A stretch of DNA of 64,000 nucleotides from Octopus bimaculoides (lineage: Eukaryota): NCBI RefSeq assembly GCF_001194135.2, contig NC_068990.1, forward strand, positions 12,621,415 to 12,685,414, in the 5' to 3' direction. A program made the translations under genes and the position numbers. Below, piece by piece: positions 37,817-50,844 of the stretch (its first letter is position 1; every line of letters starts with the position of its first letter). A model generated the notes under the pieces. That model ran no database searches. It saw only the letters and a program-made list of their open reading frames with translations, and was not told where the DNA came from.

Positions 37817-38439
37817 NNNNNNNNNNCATGGCATATTATTTTTTTATATTTGGATAAAATTATAATTATTTACAATATTTGTAGTGCATTTATAAGCTTC
37901 ATTTTGCACTTCAGATTCATTTCCAACTGAGTTTAACAATATAAAATATAGAGTGAAGAATTTTAAGGATGAACATAACAGCTTATATGAGTTTCATTTT
38001 CCTTTAAATTTCTGCATTACCTCTTAAAGACTCTATCTTCATGTGGAGTAACTAGAATTATTTCATCTTAATGTTAACAATGTTCTTTAAGCAGTGTTTA
38101 TAGGAAAATTTAAATTCTATAATGTGAGATAACATAGCAATAATCTTGGATTTCATTTTCCGTCAAGCTGCAACAACACATGGTACCTCTTCACAATTTG
38201 GTGGATTGAGCTAACAAGAGTTAATAATTCTTAGTTGAAAATATGTTTAAAAATCAGTAACAAGAAAATGAGTTTCTATGATACTAAGGTGGAATAAATA
38301 TCACAAGGCCTCAAGACCTTGATTGGTGTTTTACTCTGTCAGCCCTGTAAGGGCATAAAGTGAAGTGGCCCTTGGCAAGATTTGAAATCAGTATAAAACA
38401 ATGTAATGAAAATTTGTTAGGACTTTAATTTTTCATTTG

Positions 38440-38680
38440 TTTCTGTAATTAGACTGTGGCCATGCTGGAGCTGTGCCTCGAAGAATCTTTAGTCAAACAA
38501 ACCAACCCCAGTGCTTTTTTTTTTTTAATCTTTCAAGCTTGGTACTTATTCTATCGGTCTCTTTTTGCTGAACTACTAAGNNNNNNNNNNNNNNNNNNNN
38601 NNAGGGACATAAGCACACCAGCACCAGTTATCAAGTGGTGGTGGTGGTGAACAAACAGAAATAGACACACACACACACAC

Positions 38681-38713
<33 letters not shown>

Positions 38714-38870
38714 CTCACGTATATATATAAGATGGGCTACTTTCTGTTTCCCTCTACCAAATCCACTCACAAGGCTTTGGTCAGACTGAGGTTATAGGAG
38801 AAAACACTTGCCCAAGGTGCCATGCAATAGGATTGAACACAAACTTCATTACCACACAGCCACACCTTTT
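38440..38870 (-). mobile_element. SINE family A
   Basis: Reverse complement of tail 1, (CA)n and head; small gap inside. Confidence 0.85.
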
Positions 38871-39379
38871 GCCCATTAATCTAACGATTCTTGCAATCCT
38901 TTGCCTTTGACCAATCCATCATTCTTAAGTAAACTCAATATGAACCTCATTAATTTCATTCTCTTTTATCTGTCTCCCAGTTAATTTCGATGGAGAATTG
39001 AGTTTATAGTTTGACATGGATGCTATGTTCTTCTTCAGCTGAACTTCAATGAAACTAACAAAACAACATTAATCATGTGTTTTACTATTTTCTTCTAATG
39101 ATAAACTGTATCTCTTCACTGCGAGTTGGACTGACTCCACATTAGTTAATACATCTTTGCCATAGAGAGTGAGAAGTACCGATGACAGGATACAAATTGT
39201 CAATCCTTCAGCTATTGATTGGGTCAATTGAAGCTTTAGACTACCATATAGCTAAAGAGAAAGTGCTGCTCAATATATTTTCTGATCTTAACAAAAGATT
39301 TGAAAATTTGGTTAAAATAGAAATAGGTTCCAGTATAAGTTGTTAAAGAAATAGACATGTTTAGGAAAAGTCATGTACT

Positions 39380-39531
39380 TCCTGTTACTAACCACATGGT
39401 TTAAGGTTCATGGAACCTTGGTCAAGTGTTCTCTACAATAGCTCCAAAGGTGACCTAAGTCTTGAGAGTGGAATTGTTTGATCAAAACTGAAAGAAGACC
39501 ATTATGTATATATGTATCTGCCTGATATATT

Positions 39532-39562
<31 letters not shown>

Positions 39563-39800
39563 ATTATTTTCTCATTGCCTTGGCATTTACATGGTAGCTG
39601 TAAACAAGTGTCACCATCATGCAAGCATTATCCTTCATTTCTAACCTTTTGTGGTAACATGTCTTGGCATGAGGAAGTATTAACTGTTTTGGAAACAGGT
39701 GAGGTTTGAAGTCAGGAAGGGCATCTGGTCTTAGAAAATCCATCTCAACTAATTCCATCCAGCTTATGCAAGTATGGAAAAGTGGATGCTAAAGTGATGG
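39380..39800 (+). mobile_element. SINE family A head + tail 2
   Basis: ccacatggtttaaggttc head; ggaaacaggtgagg...aggaagggcatc...ggaaaagtggatgctaaa tail. Confidence 0.75.
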
Positions 39801-39814
39801 TGAATTAGCTGAAA

Positions 39815-39875
<61 letters not shown>

Positions 39876-42363
39876 TATATAAACATATATATATTTTCCA
39901 TAGGCTTCTTTCAGTTTCCATCTGCCAATGTCACTCAGTGCATTAGTTAGGATATGACAGAAGATACTTGCCCAAGATGACACACTATAGGAACCGAATC
40001 TGAAGCCATATGGTTGGGAAGAAAAACTCTTAGCAACACAGCCATACAGAAGTTAATTAAGTGTTACTTAAAATCTTTGGAAAATGAAAAAATCAAATTG
40101 GAAATGCGGAATTTGTGTTCCTGTTTGCATAAAAATAACAAATAAATTTCAGCCAAAATTAAAACCATGCTAAATGGAATCAAGCATACAATACTAGATA
40201 CACCAAGTGGTAACTTGATCTGAATATATATATATATATATATANNNNNNNNNNNNNNNNNNNNNNNNNNNNNNNNNNNNNNNNNNNNNNNNNNNNNNNN
40301 NNNNNNNNNNNNNNNNNNNNNNNNNNNNNNNNNNNNNNNNNNNNNNNNNNNNNNNNNNNNNNNNNNNNNNNNNNNNNNNNNNNNNNNNNNNNNNNNNNNN
40401 NNNNNNNNNNNNNNNNNNNNNNNNNNNNNNNNNNNNNNNNNNNNNNNNNNNNNNNNNNNNNNNNNNNNNNNNNNNNNNNNNNNNNNNNNNNNNNNNNNNN
40501 NNNNNNNNNNNNNNNNNNNNNNNNNNNNNNNNNNNNNNNNNNNNNNNNNNNNNNNNNNNNNNNNNNNNNNNNNNNNNNNNNNNNNNNNNNNNNNNNNNNN
40601 NNNNNNNNNNNNNNNNNNNNNNNNNNNNNNNNNNNNNNNNNNNNNNNNNNNNNNNNNNNNNNNNNNNNNNNNNNNNNNNNNNNNNNNNNNNNNNNNNNNN
40701 NNNNNNNNNNNNNNNNNNNNNNNNNNNNNNNNNNNNNNNNNNNNNNNNNNNNNNNNNNNNNNNNNNNNNNNNNNNNNNNNNNNNNNNNNNNNNNNNNNNN
40801 NNNNNNNNNNATATATACATATATATATTTATAAATAAATATATTTTAGGGAATAAATGATGGATTTTTCCCTTATGAGGTTTTTTCCCGCTAGCTACTT
40901 GATAAATTCTTATAAACGACTTTATCCTATTATTGAATTATATATATATGTAATGTTGAATACTGAAATCTATATTTTACATAATTATTGTGTGATCAAA
41001 TGAACCCCATCATTTTTGATGGGCACTCTGCTAGGCATCTAATAAGAATTGGTTATAAGGAGTGAAGGAACAAAAGAAATGTCTTACTGCTGCAGAAGCA
41101 AGGCAAGAAAAAGACAGAACAGACTCGAAGAAGCTTGAGATTACCAAAGTAATAAAGCAGGGTGGGGTGTGCAGTGTTAGAGCGCGGTGATCATAGGCAC
41201 TGTACTGTTTCAATGGGCATTAAATCAGTAATGGTAATGAATACACTAATGATATTGTTAAAAGCGTTGTATATACATCACATCAAACATTTCCAGTTCT
41301 GTTATTGCTCCCGTTACATTACCGTGACTCAATCAGAGAAAAACAATTATCTATGTAAAAAGTCATTAATTCTGCAAAAACCATTAGTCTCGTAGAGGTT
41401 CCAACATCTTACATCTTGATAACATTCCTAGAACTTTCAAGTCGTAAAGATGCACTTTCACTGATTCTGTCTCAATGTCTTTAACTAATGGCATCATGAT
41501 GTTAAACTCTAGAACAAAATCAACAGACTGAATATGAAGTATCAAAATTATAAATGAACACACAATAAATGAACTGTGTTAGTAAAGCTCTCATTCCCCC
41601 ACCAATCCGCTAGAGTTCAAATGATAAGTGACCTTGTTTGAAGGAAATCAAGAATTGCTATAATAAATTTATCCCTTAAAATTAAAATTAGAATATAAAA
41701 GCATTTTATCATAGTTCATTTAAAGTTTTTATCCTGTTTCAAGTATTAGTTAATTTGCAAACTAAATCTTCTAAACTCCATCTTTTGAAGTGTAATTCTT
41801 ATCTGGAAATAAATTACTTTGATTCTGAAATTAACCACTAGTCCAGAAAAAAATTTCTGTTATAGGTTAGTAGTTTAATTATTTTACTTAACTTTTATAA
41901 TTTGATTTCATTCTCCATATCATCGTAATCATCATCATCATTGTAGTGAACACTCAATAATAAAATATACTTAATGTGCTGAAATTATTGTTGGTGGGTC
42001 GGCAATCCAATATATTTTGAACTCGGAAGTCTTTAATATTGCATTCTGCAAGTGGAACAATATTATAAGGCTTAAGCTAATTGTCAAATCTCAGGTGTTT
42101 CTTCCTTAGCTATCCACCCCCTAAATAAACAACCCACATTTCTTATGCTACTCTCTACTCAGTCAAAGCACTTTCTACCCAACATGCAAAATCAATTTAC
42201 ATTAAACTTTTACAGCAACACAGCTGTTTGCTAGAATATATCTACTGATGTTTTCAATACTCAGGTGCACGTTTCCACTTAATTTGCATCTGAAGTTCTT
42301 ATTGCACACTTAGTGTATTATACTTATCCCTCTATACACATTGTAGTATACATATGCATGTGC

Positions 42364-42403
<40 letters not shown>

Positions 42404-43189
42404 CATGCACACATACATATACATACATACATACATAGACGTTTTCTTATGGGTAGATGCATTGCTCTGTTAATGAATGTGCATTTGTCTATTTATTTTA
42501 CATCCATTTCTCTATACTAACAGGGTTTAAATGAATGTATTATTTAAGCATTGTTTTATGGCTTGATACCTTCCTGATCCTAAACCTTACCAGTTTCTCA
42601 AGTGTGGGATAATTCAATCTTCGGTGCTGTGATGTTATAAGGCGAACAGAAAACTTCTCAACAAAAATTCTATGCAATAATATCATACAAATGTCTTGAT
42701 TAATCAAGCACTGATATTAGGTACAGTTGTACAATGGGGTGTAGTCATGGCTATATGGTGGAGATGCTTGCTTCACAACATATGGTTTAAGGTTCAGTCC
42801 CACATTTTGGCACCCTGGGCAAATGGCTTCTACTATAGGCCCAGGCTGATCAAAGACTTGACAATGGATTTAGAAGACTATTTATTAAAATGCCAAGTTA
42901 TGAGTTTTTATGTGATGTCAATGTTAAAGACAATCACAGAAAAACCTATACAACTATAAATATACATACACACACACACACACACACACATGCACAATTT
43001 TTTCAATTAAATTTCACTCACAATGTATTGGTCAGCTCAAGGCTGAAGTAGAAAACACTTGCCCTAGATACCACACAATTTTTAATTGAAACTAACTGAG
43101 ATTTCGTTATGCAACTCAAGTTTCATGCCACTGTGATCTTCAGGCAAGAACTCAAGAAGTATTACAGCTTGGTCTCAGTGGAGTATGTA

Positions 43190-44077
43190 CACAGTGCAGT
43201 GGGTAAATTGTTGCCATTCTATATTTTAAATTTCATGTATGTGCATTGTTTGTTTTTGACTTTGTCAGCTACACAGTATAGTAGGCTCGATTGGGCACCA
43301 TCTATGTGAAAAAACAACACAATGATGCAATTCACTCGACCAGAAATTTGGAAACTACATGCTATACTGCTAGCCATTCAAGCTGGAATCTCCAACATGA
43401 CCATTTCAGAGTGTTTGGGTGTCGGGCTGGAGACAGAGCAATCTGAGGAGGTATCAAGAGTGATAAAAATCAAACAGTCAGTCAACATCATAGTGTTTGG
43501 AGTGATCACTAGTGATGGTGACGTTATGCCTCCATCCATCTTCCTGCATGGACTCACACTCAACCCAGAGGCCTACATCAAGTGTCTGGAGGAGATAGTG
43601 CTGCCCAATATCAAGAGGGTGGCTGCTGGAAGATCCCATGTCTGGCAACAGGACTCTGCACCATGCCACACAAGCAAGAGAACCCAGTCAAGGCTGTCAG
43701 ACAATTTCTGTGACCACATCACCCCTAACATCTGACCAGCTAACTCCCCAGACTGCAACTACCTTGATTATTACATGTGGGGCACAGTTGAGTGAGAGAT
43801 TAAGGAAACTCCTTGTAACACCAAAGATGAACTGAAGGCAAGGATTATGGCAGCATTCACCAACTTAAACAAGGGAACCATCCAGAAGAGTTGCAGGAGA
43901 TTCTGAAGTTGTCTGGAGGCCTTGGTTGAAGCCAATTGTGATTTTATTGAATAAATTTGCTTTTTAGTATTTCAAGATATTTTTATGCAGTTTTGGTAAA
44001 TGTATCTGTTAAAATGAGATGTCAGTGTTATTTTCATTTTTGCGTAATTTAGACAACAGATTATTCACCGCACCCTG
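43190..44077 (+). mobile_element. Internally deleted DD37D (maT/mori-type) Tc1/mariner transposon
   Basis: VWQQDSAPCHTSK...I*PANSPDCNYLDYYMWG with 37 residues between the second and third D. Right TIR ttattcaccgcaccctg+TA; diverged left TIR at 43190. The N-terminal HTH is fused to the catalytic region with the first D missing. Confidence 0.88.
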
Positions 44078-44419
44078 TATATATTTTGGCCTGTAGTCTA
44101 GTACTTGTGTTTGCTCATTGGATTACTAATCGTGTTTTCTGATTGGATGGTGTTTTACTGGCCTCTTCATTAGTTGCTTATGTTAATTTTTGTGATGTGG
44201 TGTTTGAATTTCCTGCAATTGTTGGCAGAGGGGTGTATTATTAGTTTGCTTAAAATTTCTTAGCTGGCTGGCTGGCTGGTTAGCTAGCTGGCTGGTAAAG
44301 AGTCTTTTATTTTTGTTGTGGTTGATTTATGTTTTACTCTCTATTTTTTTCTTACCTAAAGATCACAGTGACATGAAACAGAAGTCAGAAAACAAATTCT
44401 CAGTTTTAGCTTCAATAAA

Positions 44420-44494
<75 letters not shown>

Positions 44495-46079
44495 TGCTTA
44501 ATGCATATCTGTGTATACAAGCACTAGAATAAAGTACTCTATACAAGGAATTTAATTAAAGTTGAAATTTAACTAGCACTACTCTGAGTTTCACTTTTTA
44601 ATCTGGTAGTACAGATTTAATAATGGAAATATATTTATATACGTATGATACCAGCACAATGTCACAAAACATCTGAAAAGAAACTCATAACATGATTGGT
44701 TGTTGGCATCCTATGGAGCCATCACTGATATAAAATGCAGTTATAAATGAAAAATGGAAAATTATAAATTTGATGAGTTGAAAGAAATAAAGATAGAGAA
44801 TAGGGCAAAATAGAAAAGATTAAAGAGTTTTGAAGCAATCATATATCATATTGAATTAAATCTATGTGTGTGTGCATGTGCATGTGTATGTGAGTGTGTG
44901 CATAATGGATGGATATATGACATATGCATGTGTGCTTGTATGTAGTTATGTATGTGTGTGTATATGCAAGTACGCATGTGAATGTATGCAAGTATGAAGA
45001 TATGTATGAATGAATGATATTTTTAAAGAAAAATAACAATGCTATATCAATGGTGTATGTGCTGAAAATATAAAAAAATGAGAAGAAAAATAGGAAGGAG
45101 AAAATAAAGACGTAGAGGAAAGAGGAGAGAATGGTGCTATTATATAATATGTTGCTTTAAAGAATAACTTATATAATGTTATATTTAAAAGTGAGTGAAG
45201 AATTGAGAGGAAGTAAAGAAAGGAGAGAAAGGAAAAAAGTTTTCGGATGCTCAGATATCTTGATACAGAAGAGCAATGTAAACAATAATTGTAAAGTGTG
45301 AAATCTAAAAACATAAAATTAATTATGAATAATCATTGGTGCATAAATGTCGATATGTAAATGTTTGATGAATGCAAAAGGGGAAGTAACTCTATTGGCT
45401 CTATTGGATTTCTAAACAAATTTGAATTGGATTTTTAAGCACGTTTCAATTGGATTACAGGTGGTGGTTGATGTTAGACAGAGATTCAACAAAGCTTTAG
45501 GCAATAGAATAGCTGACTTTTATATTATGGCTGTTAAATATCCACTGCTATTTATGATATTTATGGATATGGTGATATAAGATGTTTAAGAAATTTCTGC
45601 CTATACAAGTGCTTACTTCAAGATTATAAGTGGGTTTTGTCATAAGAAATTGTATTTTATATTTTCTTTTTCAGTTATTATAATCATTATTATTTTTTTT
45701 CTTCTTTCTTTTTTAACTTTTAACCTGAATGTTTGTTACAGTCATTTGCTGAGACACACCCAGCATCCTGGGGTGAGTGAGGGATAAGAGATGCTACAGT
45801 ATGACTGAAATCTTTGGGGAGCTAGTGAAATATCTTCATGTAATTCAACACAGACATTTAAATGGAAATGGTTTTTCTAAGCACGTGGGCAGTACCTGTC
45901 AGCCCAATCTTTTGGATTTCTCTGAGACATGGTTCTCCTGGGATCTTTTCTAGATGTTTCTGACTTCCCTTTTTATCATACCTTTGGTACATTTTATTCG
46001 TTTTTTATTTGTTATTCCTTTCTTTTCATTTCTCTCCTTTCCTTAGTTCCTCTCAATTCTTCACTTACTTTTATCATGC

Positions 46080-46080
46080 C

Positions 46081-46141
<61 letters not shown>

Positions 46142-46142
46142 T
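46080..46142. repeat. (TAT)n microsatellite
   Basis: Direct sequence. Confidence 0.97.
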
Positions 46143-46953
46143 AAGGTTGTGAGCTGGAAAAATTGTTAGATTGCCAGAAAAAATGCTTTGTAGCATTTCT
46201 CCACCTCTGTACTTTTTGAGTTNNNNNNNNNNNNNNNNNNNNNNNNNNNNNNNNNNNNNNNNNNNNNNNNNNNNNNNNNNNNNNNNNNNNNNNNNNNNNN
46301 NNNNNNNNNNNNNNNNNNNNNNNNNNNNNNNNNNNNNNNNNNNNNNNNNNNNNNNNNNNNNNNNNNNNNNNNNNNNNNNNNNNNNNNNNNNNNNNNNNNN
46401 NNNNNNNNNNNNNNNNNNNNNNNNNNNNNNNNNNNNNNNNNNNNNNNNNNNNNNNNNNNNNNNNNNNNNNNNNNNNNNNNNNNNNNNNNNNNNNNNNNNN
46501 NNNNNNNNNNNNNNNNNNNNNNNNNNNNNNNNNNNNNNNNNNNNNNNNNNNNNNNNNNNNNNNNNNNNNNNNNNNNNNNNNNNNNNNNNNNNNNNNNNNN
46601 NNNNNNNNNNNNNNNNNNNNNNNNNNNNNNNNNNNNNNNNNNNNNNNNNNNNNNNNNNNNNNNNNNNNNNNNNNNNNNNNNNNNNNNNNNNNNNNNNNNN
46701 NNNNNNNNNNNNNNNNNNNNNNNNNNNNNNNNNNNNNNNNNNNNNNNNNNNNNNNNNNNNNNNNNNNNNNNNNNNNNNNNNNNNNNNNNNNNNNNNNNNN
46801 NNNNNNNNNNNNNNNNNNNNNNNNNNNNNNNNNNNNNNNNNNNNNNNNNNNNNNNNNNNNNNNNNNNNNNNNNNNNNNNNNNNNNNNNNNNNNNNNNNNN
46901 NNNNNNNNNNNNNNNNNNNNNNNNNNNNNNNNNNNNNNNNNNNNNNNNNNNNN

Positions 46954-47157
46954 CTTTTAATTTTGACTCTATATCTTCAGGAGGAGTTACCTCAATCCTT
47001 TCTATATTAACCAAAATGAAGTAGATTGACAAATTTATTTTTTGAACCAGTGGAAGACACGCGAGATGTCGAAATATTGTTCACAAGATAGCAAATGGCA
47101 CTCTTCTTTTAATTTTGACTCTATATCTTCAGGAGGAGTTACCTCAATCCTTTCTAT

Positions 47158-47162
<5 letters not shown>
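46954..47162. repeat. Tandem repeat with 152-bp period, partly hidden in the gap
   Basis: cttttaattttgactctatatcttcaggaggagttacctcaatcctttctatattaa at 46954 and again at 47106. Confidence 0.8.
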
Positions 47163-47237
<75 letters not shown>

Positions 47238-47239
<2 letters not shown>

Positions 47240-47415
47240 GTGGTGAGCTGGCAGAATCATTAGCACTAGCAGAATTTGAGTTCAAATTCCACCAAAGTCA
47301 GCTTTGCCTTTCATCCTTCCGGGGTCGATAAAATAGGTGCCAGTTGAACACTCGGGTCGATGTAATTGACTCATCCTCTCCTCCCCCAAGCTGCCCTTGT
47401 GGAAAAAATTTGAAA
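47238..47415 (+). mobile_element. SINE family B (internally deleted)
   Basis: gtggtgagctggcagaatc...gagttcaaattccacc...ctttcatccttccggggtcgataaa. Confidence 0.85.
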
Positions 47416-48204
47416 TAATAATAATAATATTATTATTATCATTATTATTATCATTATTTCTCATATACTTAATCTTATCTTTAAAATGACTCCATAATAA
47501 ACATTGATTTACCTGTCAAGCATATTATGAGATGCTAGATAGTAATGCTTTGAGGTAATTTTTAAAAAACAGCCTGTCATTGGTTCAAATTCCTGTTTAT
47601 ATATTGTATGACTACATTAGATTTTTATTGTTATTTCCATGTATTAATGTATAAAGTGCTGTCAAAAATATAGGTTATGTTACAATTAACTGTATTTCTT
47701 AAGTTCAAATATTTGCATAGACTTGCATAGATTAATGATATATTGTTCCCGAATTTGCAAATTCCTCTTTATAAGTCACACTTATTCTACACGGAATTCT
47801 TTTTTTGTTTTTCTGAATGGTGGGCTTTACGGCTATGATGGCTTTTTAATCCAGTGTAACCTGCACAACCAATACACTCATATATTTAAAGAAAGTTTAA
47901 TTAATTCTTTCAGACAGATAGAACACTCATGAATAAAATTATAAATGCACTAATTGCTGAGATTTTTCAATGTAAAGTACTATTAGATATTATCAGATCT
48001 GATTTGAGAGAGGAAAGAGAAACACAACTTGTATTTGACAACAGAGAAAGAAAATATATATTTGTAAATCTTGTGATGCTGGTTATTCTTCTTTTAAAGT
48101 GTTTTCTAGAATTTTCTTTTAATTCTTAGCTTTTATTTATTTATCAAATGATTAACAATCAATTGCTGTTTCTTAAATGGTAGCTTTTGGGTAGCAAAAA
48201 TTTT

Positions 48205-48460
48205 ATCAGAGCAGCAGGCCAAAGAAGGAGCCCATGCATAATCACTACATGCTAAAAAATATCAGCCAATTGTCCCTCATATTAATTGATCATAAAACAC
48301 TAGTAGCAGGCTCAAGAAGGATTATATAATTGCCCATTTACTAGAAATAGTAGCCAATAGTCCCTGAAATCAACTGATTATAGAACACTTGTAGCAGACC
48401 AAAACAGGACCCTTTACACGACTGCCCACATGCTAGAAATATAACCAATAGTTGACAAAA
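48205..48460. repeat. About three diverged ~90-bp tandem units containing the ctagaaatagcagccaa repeat motif
   Basis: g(c/t)agcag(g/a)c...aagga at about 48211, 48303 and 48391. Confidence 0.65.
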
Positions 48461-48594
48461 GACTAAGATATCTGGCACTTTGCTGTATTCTAGAGGATCT
48501 GCCCACCACAGCGGAAGTGTTATATTGAACCACTTTGGTTAATGCTCCCCTCCTAACTGAAGGGTTTTTTCTGTTTTTGCTTGCACACTACTTG

Positions 48595-49005
48595 GTGGCC
48601 CTGTTGGTGCTGGTACCACATAAAAAGCACCTATGCTGGTTCCACATAAAAGTAAATTTGCTGTTTCCATATAAGATGCACCTGTTTTGGTGCCTCGTAA
48701 AATGTATCTGCATCAGTATCACATAAAATGCACCTGTGCCAGATCCACATAAAATGCACCTGTACCAGATCCACATAAAATGCACCTGTGCCAGAGCCAC
48801 GTAAAAAGCACTTGTGCTGGTGCCATGTAAAATGTGCCCAATACACTCTGTAAAATGGTTGGCATTTGGCAGGGCATCCAGTCATAGAAAACCAAGCCGA
48901 AAGACATGAATGGAACTAGGTGCAGCTCTCCAGCTTGTCAACTCTAGCCAAACCATCCAACCAATGCCAGCATGGAAAGCAGACGTTAAATGATGTTGAT
49001 GTTGA
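48595..49005 (+). mobile_element. RTE-type 3'UTR/tail with amplified 24-26 bp internal tandem units
   Basis: acataaaatgcacctgt(g/a)ccagatcc at 48721, 48747, 48773; tail gcatggaaagcagacgttaaatgatg. Confidence 0.85.
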
Positions 49006-50269
49006 TGTCCCTCAAATCACACTTCACTGCCTTAATATGGAAACACACATTAGATACTGCAGTTCTAGATTAACCCCTAAAATGACAGCATTTCCTTTAA
49101 CTGCAGTGTCTTTAATCCTGGTTGTACTTGACATAGCGCAAAACAACGATAAGTGCATTACAATATGTTAGTCTATGTTAGAGTTCTGACAATTTGTCAG
49201 TATTACCATGTGTTTTTTTTTGTTATTTTTTTCTTTATAGTTTTGCCTTGTGTAAATGTTTTAAAAAATCCGGAAAGTTTATGTCAAGTTTTTCTAATAA
49301 AAATAAACATGAAACTCTTGGATGCTGCCTTTTTACTCTCTTAAATGCAGAAGTCTCTGATATCCAAGTGGTTAAAGAGTATCAGTTGAAGGGCACCCGG
49401 GAATCATGACCTTGCTGTGGCCCGGCCCCTTTGAGTGTGAAAAGTTAAGGACTGAAACACTTGCCTAAGAGGAGTTTCTTTTTTAACGAGTTTCTGCAGC
49501 TCAGCTCACTTGAGAGATTCTTACCAATAAATTAAAATAGAAACTAAAATATGCGCACATATTCATTTGAGTAGCACATACTATTGAAGGTATGTCATAT
49601 ATTTTTCAATCCAGGCAAAGACCGAGTAAAAATACATTCATATATGAAAGAGCTTCAACAAGGCAGCTCTCAGCTGCTAGAAATAGCAGCCAACTCACTC
49701 TCTGTTATCTTCAAATAGGTAGAGGACATTGGATAATTTAGTCTTCGATACATCATACTTGAACAATAAGAAGGGATAGTCACAGCTGGACTGCCTATTA
49801 ATACAAGTGTTTCCATTCATCCATTTCTTTGTACAAAAAACTGCTACCTTTCAAAATGTCTTTCCTTCCTATATAGTACACAAACTAAATTAAATTTCAT
49901 AATACTTGTACCAGTTTAACTCACTAATATACTCAACTACTTCCTGTCAGTTTACAAGTGATTTTTTGGACAATACCTCTTCTACTCAGATGCAATCGTG
50001 TAAAAAGAAAAGTGTTCTTTTCCATGAATTAATGCAAATATCTGAATTTGCAAAAATACCTAATTCACTTTAGTAGTCTTTCAAGTGGATTTATTCTTGG
50101 CTTTTTAAGCTACAGAACTTCTTATTATTTTGCTACCATTTCTTCTTTTCCTCTTTTCTGTCTCTCTTTTCTAATGGCATTGTGCCTGGTGAATGCATAC
50201 AGTTCTTTTATAACATACAAACATAAATTTATTGGTTAACACACTGATTGGCTGGCAGTATAAGAGATA

Positions 50270-50844
50270 TAACTTGAGCTGGTAGAATCATTAGCACAAT
50301 GGATAAAGTGCTTAGCTGTATTCCTTTTGGCTCTTAATGTTCTCTGTTCAAAATCCAGCAAGTCAACTTCACTTTCATTCCTTCAGGGTCAATAACATAA
50401 AGTGCCAGGTAAGAATTGGGGATGATGTAATCGACTTCTCCCGTCCCCTAAAAAGTAGCTGGCTTTGAACCCATCCTGTAATGGATCAGCATCTGATTCA
50501 GGGATGGCTCCAGGTTCAGTCTCACTGCATGGCACCTTGGGCAAGTGCCGTCTACTATAGCCTCAGGCCAATCAAAGCCTAGTGAATGAATTTGGTTGAC
50601 AGAAACTGAAAAAAGCCTGTTGTATGTATGTGTGTGCCTGTGTGTCTTTGTGTTTGTCCCCCACCACCGTTTGGCAACTAGTGTTGGTTTGTTTATGCCC
50701 CTGTAACTTGGCAGTTTGGCAAAAGGTATTGATAAAATAAGTAACAGGCTTTAAAAAGAAAAAAGTTCTAGGGTTGATTTATTCAACTAAATATTTTTCA
50801 AGGCAGTGCTCTAGCATGGCCACAGTCTAAAGACTGAAACAAAT
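50270..50844 (+). mobile_element. SINE family B followed directly by SINE family A
   Basis: gagctggtagaatcattagc... then ggttcagtctcactgcatggcaccttgggcaagtg...gactgaaacaaat. Confidence 0.8.

Noticed and set aside
41030-41220. Purine-rich, coding-looking stretch
   Set aside because: Stop codons in the plus frames, no recognisable domain and no clear splice pair.
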